Positions 9,947 through 20,676 of a stretch of DNA of 64,000 nt are shown one piece after another. The notes under the pieces are model-generated. The model searched no databases. It was not told the origin of the DNA and saw nothing but the letters and a program-made list of their open reading frames with translations. Each line of letters opens with the position of its first letter. Positions within the stretch are counted from its first letter, which is position 1. Source of the stretch: Pseudomonadota bacterium (GTDB taxonomy: Archaea > Thermoplasmatota > SW-10-69-26 > JACQPN01 > JAJPHT01); the NCBI GenBank assembly GCA_021325135.1, contig JAJPHT010000045.1:28205-92204 (forward strand). The letters are read 5' to 3'. The position numbers were made by a program, and so were the translations under genes.

Positions 9947-11872
9947 ATGCGCCGCGCGCTGCTCACGCTCTCCATCTCCCTTCTGCTCCTCGCGCCCCTC
10001 GCCGCGTCGCTGCCCACGCTCGCGCCCGTCGCGCCCCGCGCGGCCCCGGCCCCCGCCGACGCGCCCTTCCTGGTGGGCGCCGCAGCGCGTGATATCACCC
10101 CGGCGACGCCGCAGTACCTGGGCGGCTACGGCACGGACCGCGTGAGCACGGGCACGGACCCGAACACGCCGCTCCAGGTGCGCGCGTTCTCCGTGAGCAA
10201 CGCCACGGGCGCCACCGTGATGTGGGCCGAGGTCGACACGCAGGGCTACTTCTCGGGCTATCAGGAGGGAGCCTACGGCACGCTGGACGTGCGCCAGAGC
10301 GTCGAGCGCGACCTGGGCGTCCCGCAGGGGCACGTCGTGGTGGCGTCCTCGCACAGCCACGCCGCGCCGACGCTCATGGGCATCTGGGGCCCCACGGACC
10401 CGGCCTACCTCAAGCTCGTGCACGACCAGACGATCGGCGCGCTGGAGGACGCGTACCGCGCCCGTGAGCCCGCCTCGCTCACCGTCGCCGTGGCCCACCA
10501 CGCCGACATGATCGGCACCAACCTCTCCTACGGAGACATGATGGTGGGCTGGCCGGTGGACGACACGCTCTCGGTGCTGCGCGCGCAGGCGCCCGACGGC
10601 CGCGACGTGGCGACGTTCGTCAACTTCGGCGTGCACGCGGACATCGTCGCCAAGAGCCTCATGTCCTCCGACTGGCTGGGGCCCGCCCGCGACTATCTCC
10701 AGGCGCGCCTGGGCGGCACCGTCGTCGTGGCCGAGGGCACGCTGGGCCACCAGGAGGCGCCCATCGAGGACAACCGCGGCGGCGACCCGTACCAGCAGAT
10801 CGTCCGCTTCGGCGACCTCCTGGGCGAGCGCGCGCTGGACGCGCTGGCCACCGGCGGCCGCCCCGTGGCGGGCGACGCGGTGGACGGCGACATGGAATAT
10901 TTCGCCATCCCCATCACGAACCCCGCGCTCCTGGCCCTCGTGCTGGGCGCGAACCCGCACGACACGCCCGGCATCCAGCAGGCGGTGGACAACTACCCCA
11001 TCGACCGCGCGATCCTGCCCCCCTTCGCGCTTCCGCCCCTGGGAGCGACGTGGGCGGGCGCCGTGCGCTTCGGCGACGAGATGCTCTTCACGCTGCCCGG
11101 CGAGGCGTTCGCGGACGTGCCCTTCGCGGTGCGCGACGCCACCACGGGCTGCCGCGCGGACTTCAAGCTGGGCCTCGCGCAGGAGCAGTTCGGCTACCAC
11201 TGGATGTCGTGGGAGACGGCCAACGCCGCGCCCGTGGGCGACTTCCTCATCTACAACGTGAACCCCGCGCTGGGCGACGTCGTCGCCAACGTGGACGTCG
11301 TGGCCGCCAACAAGATCGGCTGCGCCGCGGGGCCCGCCGTCTCCAAGCCGGAGTACCGCGGCACCAGCAGCATCACGGGCAGCGACCCCTTCGGCACGCA
11401 GGCCCTCGCGTTCCCCGACCAGACCGACGCGGGGAGCCCCATCACCTTCGAGGCGTTCGCGTTCGCAGGCGGCGACGCCCTGGCGTGGGACTTCGGCGAC
11501 GGGACCACCGCCGCGGGCGAGCGCATCGTGCACGCCTTCGCGGACCCGGGCGACCATCGCGTCACGATGACCGAGACCTCGTCGAGCGGACAGGCCGCCC
11601 GGGTCGACATGGACGTGCGCGTGTGGCCCGCCGCGGGCGCCGCCCTCTCGTCGCGCGACCTGGGCGGCCACGTCGCGGAGCTGGGCGCCGCCCTCACGGG
11701 CGCCTCGGGCCGCCCCATGCAGGCGCAGTGGGACTTCGGCGCGGGCGACGGGGCGTGGGGCCTCGCGGTGGAGCACGCGTTCCCCGCCGCGGGGACCTAC
11801 CCTGTGGGCGTCCGCGTGGCGGACGCGTCGGGCCTCGTGGGCGAAGGCCACGCCCTGGTCACGGTGTCGTGA
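9947..11872 (+). CDS. Secreted neutral-ceramidase-like amidohydrolase with two C-terminal PKD domains
   Basis: Signal peptide; VGAAARDITP, SHSHAAP, NFGVHAD and LPGEAF motifs; two WDFG(D/A)G...HAF..PG PKD repeats. Confidence 0.7.
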   Translation: MRRALLTLSISLLLLAPLAASLPTLAPVAPRAAPAPADAPFLVGAAARDITPATPQYLGGYGTDRVSTGTDPNTPLQVRAFSVSNATGATVMWAEVDTQGYFSGYQEGAYGTLDVRQSVERDLGVPQGHVVVASSHSHAAPTLMGIWGPTDPAYLKLVHDQTIGALEDAYRAREPASLTVAVAHHADMIGTNLSYGDMMVGWPVDDTLSVLRAQAPDGRDVATFVNFGVHADIVAKSLMSSDWLGPARDYLQARLGGTVVVAEGTLGHQEAPIEDNRGGDPYQQIVRFGDLLGERALDALATGGRPVAGDAVDGDMEYFAIPITNPALLALVLGANPHDTPGIQQAVDNYPIDRAILPPFALPPLGATWAGAVRFGDEMLFTLPGEAFADVPFAVRDATTGCRADFKLGLAQEQFGYHWMSWETANAAPVGDFLIYNVNPALGDVVANVDVVAANKIGCAAGPAVSKPEYRGTSSITGSDPFGTQALAFPDQTDAGSPITFEAFAFAGGDALAWDFGDGTTAAGERIVHAFADPGDHRVTMTETSSSGQAARVDMDVRVWPAAGAALSSRDLGGHVAELGAALTGASGRPMQAQWDFGAGDGAWGLAVEHAFPAAGTYPVGVRVADASGLVGEGHALVTVS

Positions 11873-11913
11873 GGAGCCGCAAGGCGCAAGAGGGGCCGCG
11901 GCCTAGCCGCCGC

Positions 11914-12312
11914 GTGCGCTGGCCGCCGCTCCTGGTGGTGCCCGTCCTCGTGCTCGCCAGCGGATGCTTCCTCCCGCCGCAGCCCCCAGCCCCCACCGCG
12001 GGCGAGTTCCACGTGGAGCTGCTTGGCGCGTCGCCCACGACCCAGGCCATGCGCTGGAACGTCGCGCTCTCCAACGGCAACGCGGCCGCGATGCACGGCA
12101 TCAAGGTCCAGATCACGGTGAAGTATTACCGCACCCGCGACGCGGGGCACGACGAGAAGACCCTGGACATCGATGCCAACAACACCACCGTCGTGCTGCT
12201 GAGCACGGCGTTCATGGGGTTCGGCGACTACGACTACGTCCTCCAGGCCGTGGGAAGCGACGGCACGATCCTGGACACGGAGCAGGACCTCTTCGAACTG
12301 TGCGCGTGCTGA
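11914..12312 (+). CDS. Putative lipoprotein (Ig-like)
   Basis: GTG start; lipobox-like LASGC; beta-rich mature region; coding-like codon usage. Confidence 0.6.
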   Translation: MRWPPLLVVPVLVLASGCFLPPQPPAPTAGEFHVELLGASPTTQAMRWNVALSNGNAAAMHGIKVQITVKYYRTRDAGHDEKTLDIDANNTTVVLLSTAFMGFGDYDYVLQAVGSDGTILDTEQDLFELCAC

Positions 12313-12351
12313 GGGGCGAAGCTTCATCCCGAGCGGCACGGGTCCAGCCGC

Positions 12352-13413
12352 GTGCGCGCCGAGGCCCTGCTGCCCGACCTCATCCGCCGCGCCGGGCGCT
12401 CGCCCCACGACGTGCTCGCCGGCGTCGAGCCCGCGCTGCGCGCGCTGGGCTTCGCGCCGCGGCGCACGCGCGAGGGCCCCGAGGCGGTGCTGTGGACGCG
12501 CGGCTCGCCCAGGCTCGCCCTCTCGGGGCACGTGGACGTCGTCCCGGTGGGCGAAGGGTGGAAGCAGGACCCCCACGGCGGCGCGCTGGCGGAGGGCCGC
12601 GTCTGGGGCCGCGGAGCGTGCGACATGCTGGGCGCCGTCGCGGCCTTCGCGGGCGCGGCCGAGCTTGCGCCCGACGCGCCCTGCGCCATCCTCCTCACCA
12701 CCGACGAGGAGACGCGCATGGGCGCCGCCGAGGGCGCGCTGCGCGACGGATTGCTATCGGGCCTGGAGGCCGTGGTCGTGGGCGAGCCCACGGGGCTCGC
12801 CGTGGGCACAGCCGAGAAGGGCGTCCTCTGGATGCGCGCGCGGACGGCGGGCCGCAACGCGCACGGCTCCATGCCCGAGCTTGGCGACAACGCCGCGGAC
12901 CGCCTCGTGCGCGCGCTCCACGCCCTGCAGGCCGCGCCGCTCCCGGGCCACCACGCGCTCCTGGGCCGCCCCACGCTCAACGTGGGCCGCCTCGCGGCGG
13001 GCGAGGCCGTGAACCAGGTCCCCGCCAGCGCCAGCGCCGAGCTTGATATCAGATATCTTCCTGGCATGGACGCGGCGGGCGTCGAGCGCCACCTCATGCA
13101 GGCCTTCGGCCGCGCGGGCGAGGCCCCGGGCCTGGAGACCATCGGCCACCACCCGCCCTTCGAGACCTCCGCCGACGCGCGCCTCGTCAAGGCCGCCGCG
13201 GGCGCGGTCGCCTCGGTGCGCGGCCAGCCCCCCGAGGTCGTGGGCTTCCCCTACGGCACCGAGGCGTCGCGCTACGCGCCCGCGGGCCTCGACTGCGTCA
13301 TCCTCGGCCCCGGCGAGCCCGCCCTGGCGCACACCAACCGCGAGAGCGTGCGCGTCGACGCGCTGCGCGAGGCCGAGGAGATCTATGCGGCGCTCTTGAG
13401 AGAGTACGCATGA
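12352..13413 (+). CDS. M20 family metallohydrolase (ArgE/DapE-like)
   Basis: SGHVDVVP, GRGACDMLG, DEE, GEPT, AHGS and AHTNRE motifs. Confidence 0.88.
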   Translation: MRAEALLPDLIRRAGRSPHDVLAGVEPALRALGFAPRRTREGPEAVLWTRGSPRLALSGHVDVVPVGEGWKQDPHGGALAEGRVWGRGACDMLGAVAAFAGAAELAPDAPCAILLTTDEETRMGAAEGALRDGLLSGLEAVVVGEPTGLAVGTAEKGVLWMRARTAGRNAHGSMPELGDNAADRLVRALHALQAAPLPGHHALLGRPTLNVGRLAAGEAVNQVPASASAELDIRYLPGMDAAGVERHLMQAFGRAGEAPGLETIGHHPPFETSADARLVKAAAGAVASVRGQPPEVVGFPYGTEASRYAPAGLDCVILGPGEPALAHTNRESVRVDALREAEEIYAALLREYA

Positions 13414-14348
13414 GGCCCCCTGGCTGGCTCGTCGCGGGGACGATCATGCTCTCCATCCTCGCCGTCTCCACCGCGGCTCCGGTCATCCGCCTCGCGGGGA
13501 GCGCGCCGCCCCTGGCGATCGCGTTCTGGCGCCTGCTCGACGCGACGGTCCTCCTGGTCCCCCTCGCGATCCTCTTCGCGCGCCGCGATCTTGCGCGCCT
13601 CTCGGGGCGCGACTGGGCGATGCTCCTGGGCGTGGGCGCGATCCTGGGCCTGCACTTCGCGACGTGGATCACCAGCGTCACGCTCACCAGCGTCGCGGCC
13701 AGCGTCGTCCTCGTCACGCTGCACCCGGTGTTCGTGGGCTTCGCCGCGCACCGTCTCTTCGGCGAGGGCCCGCGCCCCCTGGGGTGGGTCGGCATCGTCG
13801 TCGCGCTGGGCGGCGGCCTCCTCATCGCGGGCGGAGACGCCCGGGGCGGCGCCATGCCCCTTGTGGGCGACGCGCTGGCCTTCGCGGGCGCGCTCTGCGC
13901 CGCGCTCTACTTCCTCGCGGGCCGACGATATCGCCAGCGCCTCGGCCTGCTCGCCTACGTGACTCCCGTCTACGCGGGCGCCACCGTCACGCTGGCGATC
14001 CTCCTCGTCGCGCTGCCCGCGCCGTGGGGCGGCGGCTTCGCGACCTACGGCGCCGCCAACCAGGGGCTCTTCCTCGCCCTCGCGCTGGGCCCCATGATCC
14101 TGGGCCACACGGGGCTCAACTGGGCGCTGAAGTACGTGCGCGCGCCGGTCATCGCCACCACCATCCTGGGCGAGCCCGTGGGCGCCTCCCTCCTCGCGCT
14201 CCTCCTCCCGCAGATCCACGAGGTGCCGCCCCCGACGACGCTCCTGGGCGGGGCGGTCGTCCTGGCGGGCATCCTCCTGGTGGGGCTGGACGAGGCGAGG
14301 CGGGACCGCCCCTCGGCCGCGCAGGAGGCCGCCGAGGTCGGCGGCTGA
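13410..14348 (+). CDS. DMT/EamA family transporter
   Basis: About ten TM segments; IAFWR, GDALA and LGEPVGA motifs; ATGA overlap with the upstream gene. Confidence 0.88.
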   Translation: MRPPGWLVAGTIMLSILAVSTAAPVIRLAGSAPPLAIAFWRLLDATVLLVPLAILFARRDLARLSGRDWAMLLGVGAILGLHFATWITSVTLTSVAASVVLVTLHPVFVGFAAHRLFGEGPRPLGWVGIVVALGGGLLIAGGDARGGAMPLVGDALAFAGALCAALYFLAGRRYRQRLGLLAYVTPVYAGATVTLAILLVALPAPWGGGFATYGAANQGLFLALALGPMILGHTGLNWALKYVRAPVIATTILGEPVGASLLALLLPQIHEVPPPTTLLGGAVVLAGILLVGLDEARRDRPSAAQEAAEVGG

Positions 14349-14388
14349 AGCATCAAGCTTCAAGCCCGGGGCGGGGCCTGGGTCGGCG

Positions 14389-17382
14389 TTGAACCCGAGG
14401 CTCTGGTGGGCGCTGGGCGCCTTCGCCCTCGCCCTGGTCCTCCTGGCGCCCAGCCTCGCGCCGCTGCCGGCCAGCATGGACGAGTTCGCCAGCGAGCTCT
14501 CCAACGGCACGTTCCGCCCCTTCGGCCCGCCCGGGGGCAAGGGCCTCGTCGCGGGGCCCAACGCGCTGGGCGGGTTCACGGGCGCCTCCACGGGGAACTA
14601 CGTCGCGGGCGCAGGGGACGTCCCCAACGAGTGGGCGCTGGACCGCGAGAGCGGCGGCGGGGCCGTGGTCATCGACTACGTCTGCAACCCCAGCCCGGGC
14701 GCCATGAAGCGGCTGAAGGCCTTCGACCAGCTTGGGCCCGACGGCGCGACGCTGGAGGTGGCCGACAAGCGCCTGCGCCCCGTGGAGCCCGACAAGTCGC
14801 TCACCTACGACAGCCTCGTCGCGTGCAGCTTCCCCGTGCAGATCCATCCGGGCACGCCCGTGCCCATCTTCAGCGTCGCGCCCAAGGGGTTCGTCGTCTC
14901 CACGTGGAGCACCGATCCGCCCCTGGCGCGCCCGCTCTCGTTCCTCAAGGACGGCGCGGACACGTTCTACGTCCTGGGCAACGAGGAGAAGCGCGTCACG
15001 CTCAACCTCACCTTCCTCGTGGACAGCGGCTACTTCTCCTTCTCGCCTCCTCCGGGCGCCCGCGTCTCGGACTACGCGCGGGGCCTCGTGCCCGCGCTGC
15101 CCCCGGGGATCGCGGACGCGGCGAAGATCGTCATGGCGCGCGCGGGCGTCAAGGACCCGACGCTCGTGGGGCCCACGCTGGACGCGCTCAACGCCTACTT
15201 CCGCTCCTTCACCGACGGCCCCATCCCCGGGCCCGACGAGGTGGACAGCCTCTACCTCGCCCTCGCGCTCTCGGGGCACGGCTGCTGCCGCCACCGCGCG
15301 TTCGCCTACATGGTCACGGCGCAGGCGGCGGGCATCCCCGCGCGCGTCGTCGTGAACGAGGCGCACGCGTTCCCCGAGGTCATGTTCCCCGACGGGAGCT
15401 GGCACCAGGTCAACCTGGGCGGCTGCGGCGCGTACACCGTCAACAACCCCAACAACTACCCCAGCCTCTTCGACGCCGCCGCCGAGCCGCGCCGCGAGGC
15501 GAACCCCGACGAGGGGCGCCCCCAGACGGCGGTCGCGACGTTCACCAACATCACCGAGGCGCCCCCGCGCATGGTCAAGGGCGAGGTCTACTTCGTGAAC
15601 GGCACGGTGGAGGCCTCCAACGGGCGCCCGGTGGGCGGAGCGCCCGTCGACCTCTACCTCAACGCGACCAAGGCCACCAAGGGCAAGCTCATGACGTCGG
15701 GGCAGACCGACGCGTTCGGCCGCTTCAGCATCCAGTCGCGCGTGCCCGTGGACGTGGCGGCGCAGGGCTATCAATTGGTGGCCTCGGGCGGCACGGTGAG
15801 CGCGGGCCCCTTGCGCTACGAGGGGAGCTGGAGCGACCCCGCGGTGGACGTCTTCACGCCCACGCGCATCGTCCTGGCGCACGCCACCGCCGCGGCCGGC
15901 TTCCCCGCCAACGCCACGGGCCGCCTCGTGGACGTGGACGGGAACCCGGTGGGGCCCGCCACCATCCGGTGGTCCATCGGCTCGACGCAGGAGCGCGACC
16001 TCCAGGCCGACTCCACGGGCCTCTTCACCGCCGCGTTCCAGGCCAACGCCACGGGGAGCCTGGCGCTGTCGTTCTCCTACGACGGGGACGCGCACCACGG
16101 CGCGTCGCAGGCGGACGAGGTGGTCGCGGTGACGCGCGGCACCATCCTCGCGCCCGCCAACGCGCCCATCCTCCTGCGCGGCGAGGTGGGGCTCGTGAGC
16201 GGGGACCTCGCCGTCTCGGGCGCCAGCCTCGCCGGGCGCCTCGTCACCGTCGCGCTCACCAACGCCACGCGCATTGTCGCCATCCCGCCGGCCCAGGCGA
16301 CCACCGACGCCAGCGGCCACTTCGTCGCGCGCGTGCGCGTGCCCGCCAACGCGCTGCCCGGCGCCTACGCCGTGGACTACCGCGCGCCCGACCTCCAGGT
16401 GAACGCCACGGGCGTCGTGCGCGTCGCCATCCGCCCGGGCTTCGTCGTCGAGGCGCCCTCGCGCGTCGGGCCCACGGAGGGCTGGACCGCGACCGCCCAG
16501 GTCACCAGCGACGACGGCTCCGCGCTGGGCGGCGGCATCGTCGAGCTTCACGTCGACGGCAACGCGACGCCCCTCAAGACGCTCCTCACCAACGCGACCG
16601 GCGTCGCGCGCTTCCAGGTGGAAGGCGGCGCGCTGCCTCCCGGGGACCACGCCATCACGCTGGCCTTCGCGGGCGACCGCGACCGCGCGCCCGCCGAGCA
16701 GACGGCCAACCTCCGCGTGCTGCCCCCCTTCTGGGCCCTCGTGCCCGCGTGGGTCTGGATCGCCCTCGGAAGCGCCGCGCTCGTGGGCGGCCTGGGCGCG
16801 TGGCTGCTGCGCCCCGGCGGCGTCGTGCGGAGGGTGGTCCTGCGCCCGCGCTGGCGGATCGACCTCTCGTGGCCCGACTTCCCGCCTGGCGTGGCGCCCG
16901 TCGCCGAGCCCGGCACCGCGGTGCGCGTCGTCGCCCAGGCCTTCGACGCGCAGGGGCGCCCGCGCAAGGCGCGCTTCGTCCTCGTGGCGCCCGGCGTCCG
17001 CCTGCGCTCGAAGGGCGAGTTCGAGCTTCGCGCGGGCGAGCCGGGCGTCCTGCCCCTGGAGGTGAAGGCCCGCGGCCGCGCGCGCTGGCTCGCCGCGCCC
17101 GCCCTCGCGCGCCTCCCCGTCGCGACCTACCGCGCCGCGGTGGAGCAGGGGTTCGTCGCGCTGCGCGGCGCGGCGAAGCTCGACGCCAGCGCGACGCCGG
17201 GCGACCTCGTCGACGCGCTCTCCCCCAAGCTGGAGCCCGCGCCGCGCGCGAGCCTCGCCGAGGCCGCGCGCCTCTTCGAGACGGCCGACTACAGCGAGGC
17301 GCCCGTGGACCGCGCGTTCTACCACGCCTTCGCCCAGGCGCGGCACGCCGTGGAGCGCGCGCTGGAGGGGGCCGATGGCTGA
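14389..17382 (+). CDS. Transglutaminase-like domain protein with Ig-like repeats, a TM anchor and a DUF4129-like C-terminus
   Basis: GCCRHRA (Cys) and HAFPEV (His) motifs; repeated TDxxGxF Ig-type strands; C-terminal LFETADYS; first gene of a MoxR operon. Confidence 0.75.
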   Translation: MNPRLWWALGAFALALVLLAPSLAPLPASMDEFASELSNGTFRPFGPPGGKGLVAGPNALGGFTGASTGNYVAGAGDVPNEWALDRESGGGAVVIDYVCNPSPGAMKRLKAFDQLGPDGATLEVADKRLRPVEPDKSLTYDSLVACSFPVQIHPGTPVPIFSVAPKGFVVSTWSTDPPLARPLSFLKDGADTFYVLGNEEKRVTLNLTFLVDSGYFSFSPPPGARVSDYARGLVPALPPGIADAAKIVMARAGVKDPTLVGPTLDALNAYFRSFTDGPIPGPDEVDSLYLALALSGHGCCRHRAFAYMVTAQAAGIPARVVVNEAHAFPEVMFPDGSWHQVNLGGCGAYTVNNPNNYPSLFDAAAEPRREANPDEGRPQTAVATFTNITEAPPRMVKGEVYFVNGTVEASNGRPVGGAPVDLYLNATKATKGKLMTSGQTDAFGRFSIQSRVPVDVAAQGYQLVASGGTVSAGPLRYEGSWSDPAVDVFTPTRIVLAHATAAAGFPANATGRLVDVDGNPVGPATIRWSIGSTQERDLQADSTGLFTAAFQANATGSLALSFSYDGDAHHGASQADEVVAVTRGTILAPANAPILLRGEVGLVSGDLAVSGASLAGRLVTVALTNATRIVAIPPAQATTDASGHFVARVRVPANALPGAYAVDYRAPDLQVNATGVVRVAIRPGFVVEAPSRVGPTEGWTATAQVTSDDGSALGGGIVELHVDGNATPLKTLLTNATGVARFQVEGGALPPGDHAITLAFAGDRDRAPAEQTANLRVLPPFWALVPAWVWIALGSAALVGGLGAWLLRPGGVVRRVVLRPRWRIDLSWPDFPPGVAPVAEPGTAVRVVAQAFDAQGRPRKARFVLVAPGVRLRSKGEFELRAGEPGVLPLEVKARGRARWLAAPALARLPVATYRAAVEQGFVALRGAAKLDASATPGDLVDALSPKLEPAPRASLAEAARLFETADYSEAPVDRAFYHAFAQARHAVERALEGADG

Positions 17383-18367
17383 GGAGGTGACGCCGGGCCC
17401 CACCGAGGCCGGCGCCTGGCTCGTGGCGGGCGTCGCGTTCGCCGTCGCGCTCCTGGTGTTCCGCTCCGCGACGATCCTGCCCGCGGGCCTCTTCGACGGG
17501 TGCGCTGCCGCGCTGGTCGCCATGGGGGCGGCGCCTCTCGCGCACCGCCGCCTGGGCCCCGCCGCGGCGACGCTGCTGCGCGGCGCGGGCCTCGTCGCCG
17601 CCGCGCTCCTCGTGACCGCGAGCCTCGTGGCGCCCTGGGATCGCGCCGCGCCCCCCCTCGCCCTGCTGATCGCGGGCGCGACGCTCCTCCAGGCCGCGCG
17701 CGGGCGTCTCCTCGCTGGGGTGGGCCTCGCGACGCTGGCCGCCGGGCTCGCGCTGGGCTGGTGGCTCTCGGGCGACTTCCCCGAGAGCGGCCGCCTCCGC
17801 TTCGCCCTCGCGCTCACGGCCGCGGGCGCGGCGGGGCTCCTGGCGGCGCGGCGGAGCCTCGTCGCGCGCGGGCACGGCGCCATCGTGCCGGGCCCCGCCG
17901 GGCTCATCGCCGGCGCCGCCGTGGGCGCGACGTACCTCTCGTACCGCGGCCTCGTCGCCCTCCACGTCGGGAACCTGCCCCTCTACGAGTGGAGCCTGGG
18001 CGTCGCGCTCTCGCTGCTGCTGCTCGCGCGCATCCGCCGCGGCGCGCGCGAAGGCGAGGCGCCCGAGGCGTGGAGCAGCGAAGCGCGCCGGCACGCTCAA
18101 GACGCGACGCCCCTCTACGACGCGCGCATGGCCCCTCTGGCCGCGGTGCTCGCCCGTTACCTGGAGACGGGCGCCGGCTTCGAGGAGTACCGCGCGACGC
18201 TGGAGGCCGCCGCGCCCGACGCCGCGCCGCGCCTGAAGGCCATCCTCGCCGCGCCGCACCCCGCGGAGGGCCGCTCCCGCGCGGCCCGCCGGGAGGCGGC
18301 CGCCCGCCGGCTGGCCGCCCACAAGGCCGCCCTTGAAGCCATCGAGACGCCGATCCGGAGCCGCTGA
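17375..18367 (+). CDS. Hypothetical membrane protein (MoxR operon)
   Basis: Multiple TM segments; overlaps or abuts its neighbours. Confidence 0.65.
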   Translation: MAEEVTPGPTEAGAWLVAGVAFAVALLVFRSATILPAGLFDGCAAALVAMGAAPLAHRRLGPAAATLLRGAGLVAAALLVTASLVAPWDRAAPPLALLIAGATLLQAARGRLLAGVGLATLAAGLALGWWLSGDFPESGRLRFALALTAAGAAGLLAARRSLVARGHGAIVPGPAGLIAGAAVGATYLSYRGLVALHVGNLPLYEWSLGVALSLLLLARIRRGAREGEAPEAWSSEARRHAQDATPLYDARMAPLAAVLARYLETGAGFEEYRATLEAAAPDAAPRLKAILAAPHPAEGRSRAARREAAARRLAAHKAALEAIETPIRSR

Positions 18368-18368
18368 C

Positions 18369-19370
18369 ATGGACGCCCCCCAGCCCGCGTGTGCCCGCAT
18401 CCTCGACGGCGTCGCCCAGACCTTCGTGGGCGACCGCCTCCTCCTGCGCAAGCTCCTCTCGGGCGCGCTCGCCAACGGGCACGTCCTCTTCGAGGACCAC
18501 CCCGGCCTCGGGAAGACGCTGCTGGTCAAGGCCTTCGCCCGCGCCATCGGCTGCGACAGCAAGCGCGTGCAGTTCACCCCGGACCTCCTCCCCGGTGATA
18601 TCACCGGCACGCACGTCTGGAGCAGCCGCGACGAGCGCTTCCAGCTCGCCCGCGGCCCGGTCTTCACCAACGTGCTCCTCGCGGACGAGATCAACCGCGC
18701 GCCCCCCAAGACGCAGAGCGCGCTCCTGGAAGCCATGGAGGAGCGCCAGGTCACCATCGAGGGCGAGACGCACTTGCTCCCCTCCCCCTTCTTCGTCCTC
18801 GCCACGCAGAACCCGCTGGAGCAGGAGGGGACGTACCCGCTCCCCGAGGCGCAGCTGGACCGCTTCGTGCTGCGGCTCACCACGGGCTACCCCAAGGACG
18901 TGGAGAGCGAGACGGAGATCCTCCGCCGCCGCCTCGCGTGGAAGCGCGACGACCCCACCAAGGACCTCAAGCCCGTGGTGGACGCCGAGGGCTTCCGCCG
19001 CATGCAGGAGGAGGTGGAGGAGAAGGTCTACGTCCACCCCGCGCTCCTCGTCTACATCAGCCGCCTCGTGCGCGGCGTGCGTGAGCACCCCCACGTCGCG
19101 GCCGGGCCCAGCCCCCGCGGCGCTCTGGCGCTCCTTCGCCTCTCCCGAGCGCACGCCTACGTGCAGGGGCGCAACTTCGTGACGCCCGACGACGTGAAGA
19201 TCTTCGTCGAGGACGCGCTCTCGCACCGCATCCTGCTGGACGTGGAGCGCGCGCTGGAGGGGCGCGAGGAGCGCGCCGTCGTGCGCGAGGTCCTGGACAA
19301 GACCGAGGCGCCGCTGCGCTTCGGGAACCAGCCGCCGGAGGCCGCGCCGCCCAAGCGCGCGGGGGTCTGA
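18369..19370 (+). CDS. moxR: MoxR family AAA+ ATPase
   Basis: EDHPGLGKT Walker A; RVQFTPDLLPGD, LADEINRAPPKTQSALLEAM, ATQNP and YPLPEAQLDRF motifs. Confidence 0.95.
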   Translation: MDAPQPACARILDGVAQTFVGDRLLLRKLLSGALANGHVLFEDHPGLGKTLLVKAFARAIGCDSKRVQFTPDLLPGDITGTHVWSSRDERFQLARGPVFTNVLLADEINRAPPKTQSALLEAMEERQVTIEGETHLLPSPFFVLATQNPLEQEGTYPLPEAQLDRFVLRLTTGYPKDVESETEILRRRLAWKRDDPTKDLKPVVDAEGFRRMQEEVEEKVYVHPALLVYISRLVRGVREHPHVAAGPSPRGALALLRLSRAHAYVQGRNFVTPDDVKIFVEDALSHRILLDVERALEGREERAVVREVLDKTEAPLRFGNQPPEAAPPKRAGV

Positions 19371-19371
19371 G

Positions 19372-20676
19372 GTGGCCCGCCTCGCCCGCGCCGGCGCGGC
19401 CCTCGCCACCGCGGGGCTGGGCCTCCTGGGCCTGGGCATGGCCGTGGGCAACCTCGCCCTCCTCGCGCTCTCCGTCTTCCCGCTCTCCCTTCTCGCCTAC
19501 TCCATCGCGACGCAGCCGCGCGGCGATCCCCTGGGCAGCCGCCAGCTCTCCACGCGCTCGCCCCGGCGCGGCGAGGCGGTGGAGATGGTCGTCCGCTCGC
19601 AGGCCTCCGAGGCGGGCGACGTCGTCGAGGTCCACGCGCCCATGCCCGAGTCCACCAGCATCGAGTGGGGCAGCAACCTCACGCTCCACCACGGGCCCGG
19701 CGCGCGCGGCGCCATCGTGCGCTTCCGTGTCCACGCCCGCGGCGCCGCCGCGCTGCCCCCGGTCGTCGCCGAGCGCATCGACGCCCTGGGCCTCCTCGCG
19801 CCGCGCTCCACGGAGATCGCGCCCGCCGAGACGCTGCGCGTGGCGCCCCGCGTCTACCCCTCCGAGGGCTTCCGCCGCCGCGGCGCGGGCGCGCTGCGCC
19901 TCCAGCAGGCGCGCCTGGGCGTCGGCAGCGCGGACTTCCGCGAGCTTCGCGACTACGCCTGGGGCGATCCCCCCAAGAGCATCCACTGGCGCGCGACCGC
20001 GCGGCGCCTCTCCGCCTACGCGGGCCGCGGCGGCCCGGGCAGCACGCCGCTGGTCAAGGAGTACGACAAGGAGGGGCGCCGCAGCGCGCTGGTCCTCCTG
20101 GACGGCGGCGACGCGCTGCGCGTCGGCACCACGCTGGAGACGGGCCTGGACCACGGCGTGGAGGCCGCGCTGGCCGCGTGCCGCCTTTTGCTATCGCAGG
20201 GGATCCGCGTCGGCGCGGCCACCTATGGCGCGAAGGCCGGGCTGCCCGAGCCCCCCGAGGCGGGCGAGGGGCAGATGCCGCAGCTGGAGCGCGCGCTCTC
20301 CCCCGGCGAGCCCGACGCGGCCGCGACGCCCGTGCGCGCGCTCCAGCAGCTCCAGCCCCACCTCGTGGGCTCGCGCCCCGTGCTGGTCGTCGTGACGCGC
20401 GTGACGCCCGCCACCGCGGCCCAGCTGGCGGAGACGGCGGGCCACCTGCGCGTCATGCTGCGCGAGAAGGGCCGGCGCCTGCCCCTGGTGGTCATCGACG
20501 TGCGCGCGCTCTCCCTCGTCCCCGAGCGCGGCGAGGCGTGGAGGGGTGCTACGCGCCTCGTGGAGCGCGAGGACGCGGCCGCCGCGAGGCGCGTTGCCGC
20601 CGCGGGCGCCCGCCTTGTCCCGTGGCGCCCCGGTGACGACCTGCACGCGCTCCTGGCCCGGGAGGGGATCGCGTGA
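19372..20676 (+). CDS. DUF58 domain-containing protein
   Basis: DFRELRDYAWGDPPKSIHWRATAR...LVKEY motif directly after moxR. Confidence 0.9.
   Translation: MARLARAGAALATAGLGLLGLGMAVGNLALLALSVFPLSLLAYSIATQPRGDPLGSRQLSTRSPRRGEAVEMVVRSQASEAGDVVEVHAPMPESTSIEWGSNLTLHHGPGARGAIVRFRVHARGAAALPPVVAERIDALGLLAPRSTEIAPAETLRVAPRVYPSEGFRRRGAGALRLQQARLGVGSADFRELRDYAWGDPPKSIHWRATARRLSAYAGRGGPGSTPLVKEYDKEGRRSALVLLDGGDALRVGTTLETGLDHGVEAALAACRLLLSQGIRVGAATYGAKAGLPEPPEAGEGQMPQLERALSPGEPDAAATPVRALQQLQPHLVGSRPVLVVVTRVTPATAAQLAETAGHLRVMLREKGRRLPLVVIDVRALSLVPERGEAWRGATRLVEREDAAAARRVAAAGARLVPWRPGDDLHALLAREGIA

Noticed and set aside
12298-12312. C-terminal CAC as a Rab-type CXC prenylation signal
   Set aside because: The protein looks like an exported lipoprotein and no prenyltransferase is evident; a disulfide or chance is more likely
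14353-17907. Very long antisense or alternate-frame ORFs (also 21790-24894, 27575-29947 and 5785-8514)
   Set aside because: Shadow ORFs caused by high GC and codon bias; Arg/Gly/Ala-rich with no motifs, overlapping well-supported genes
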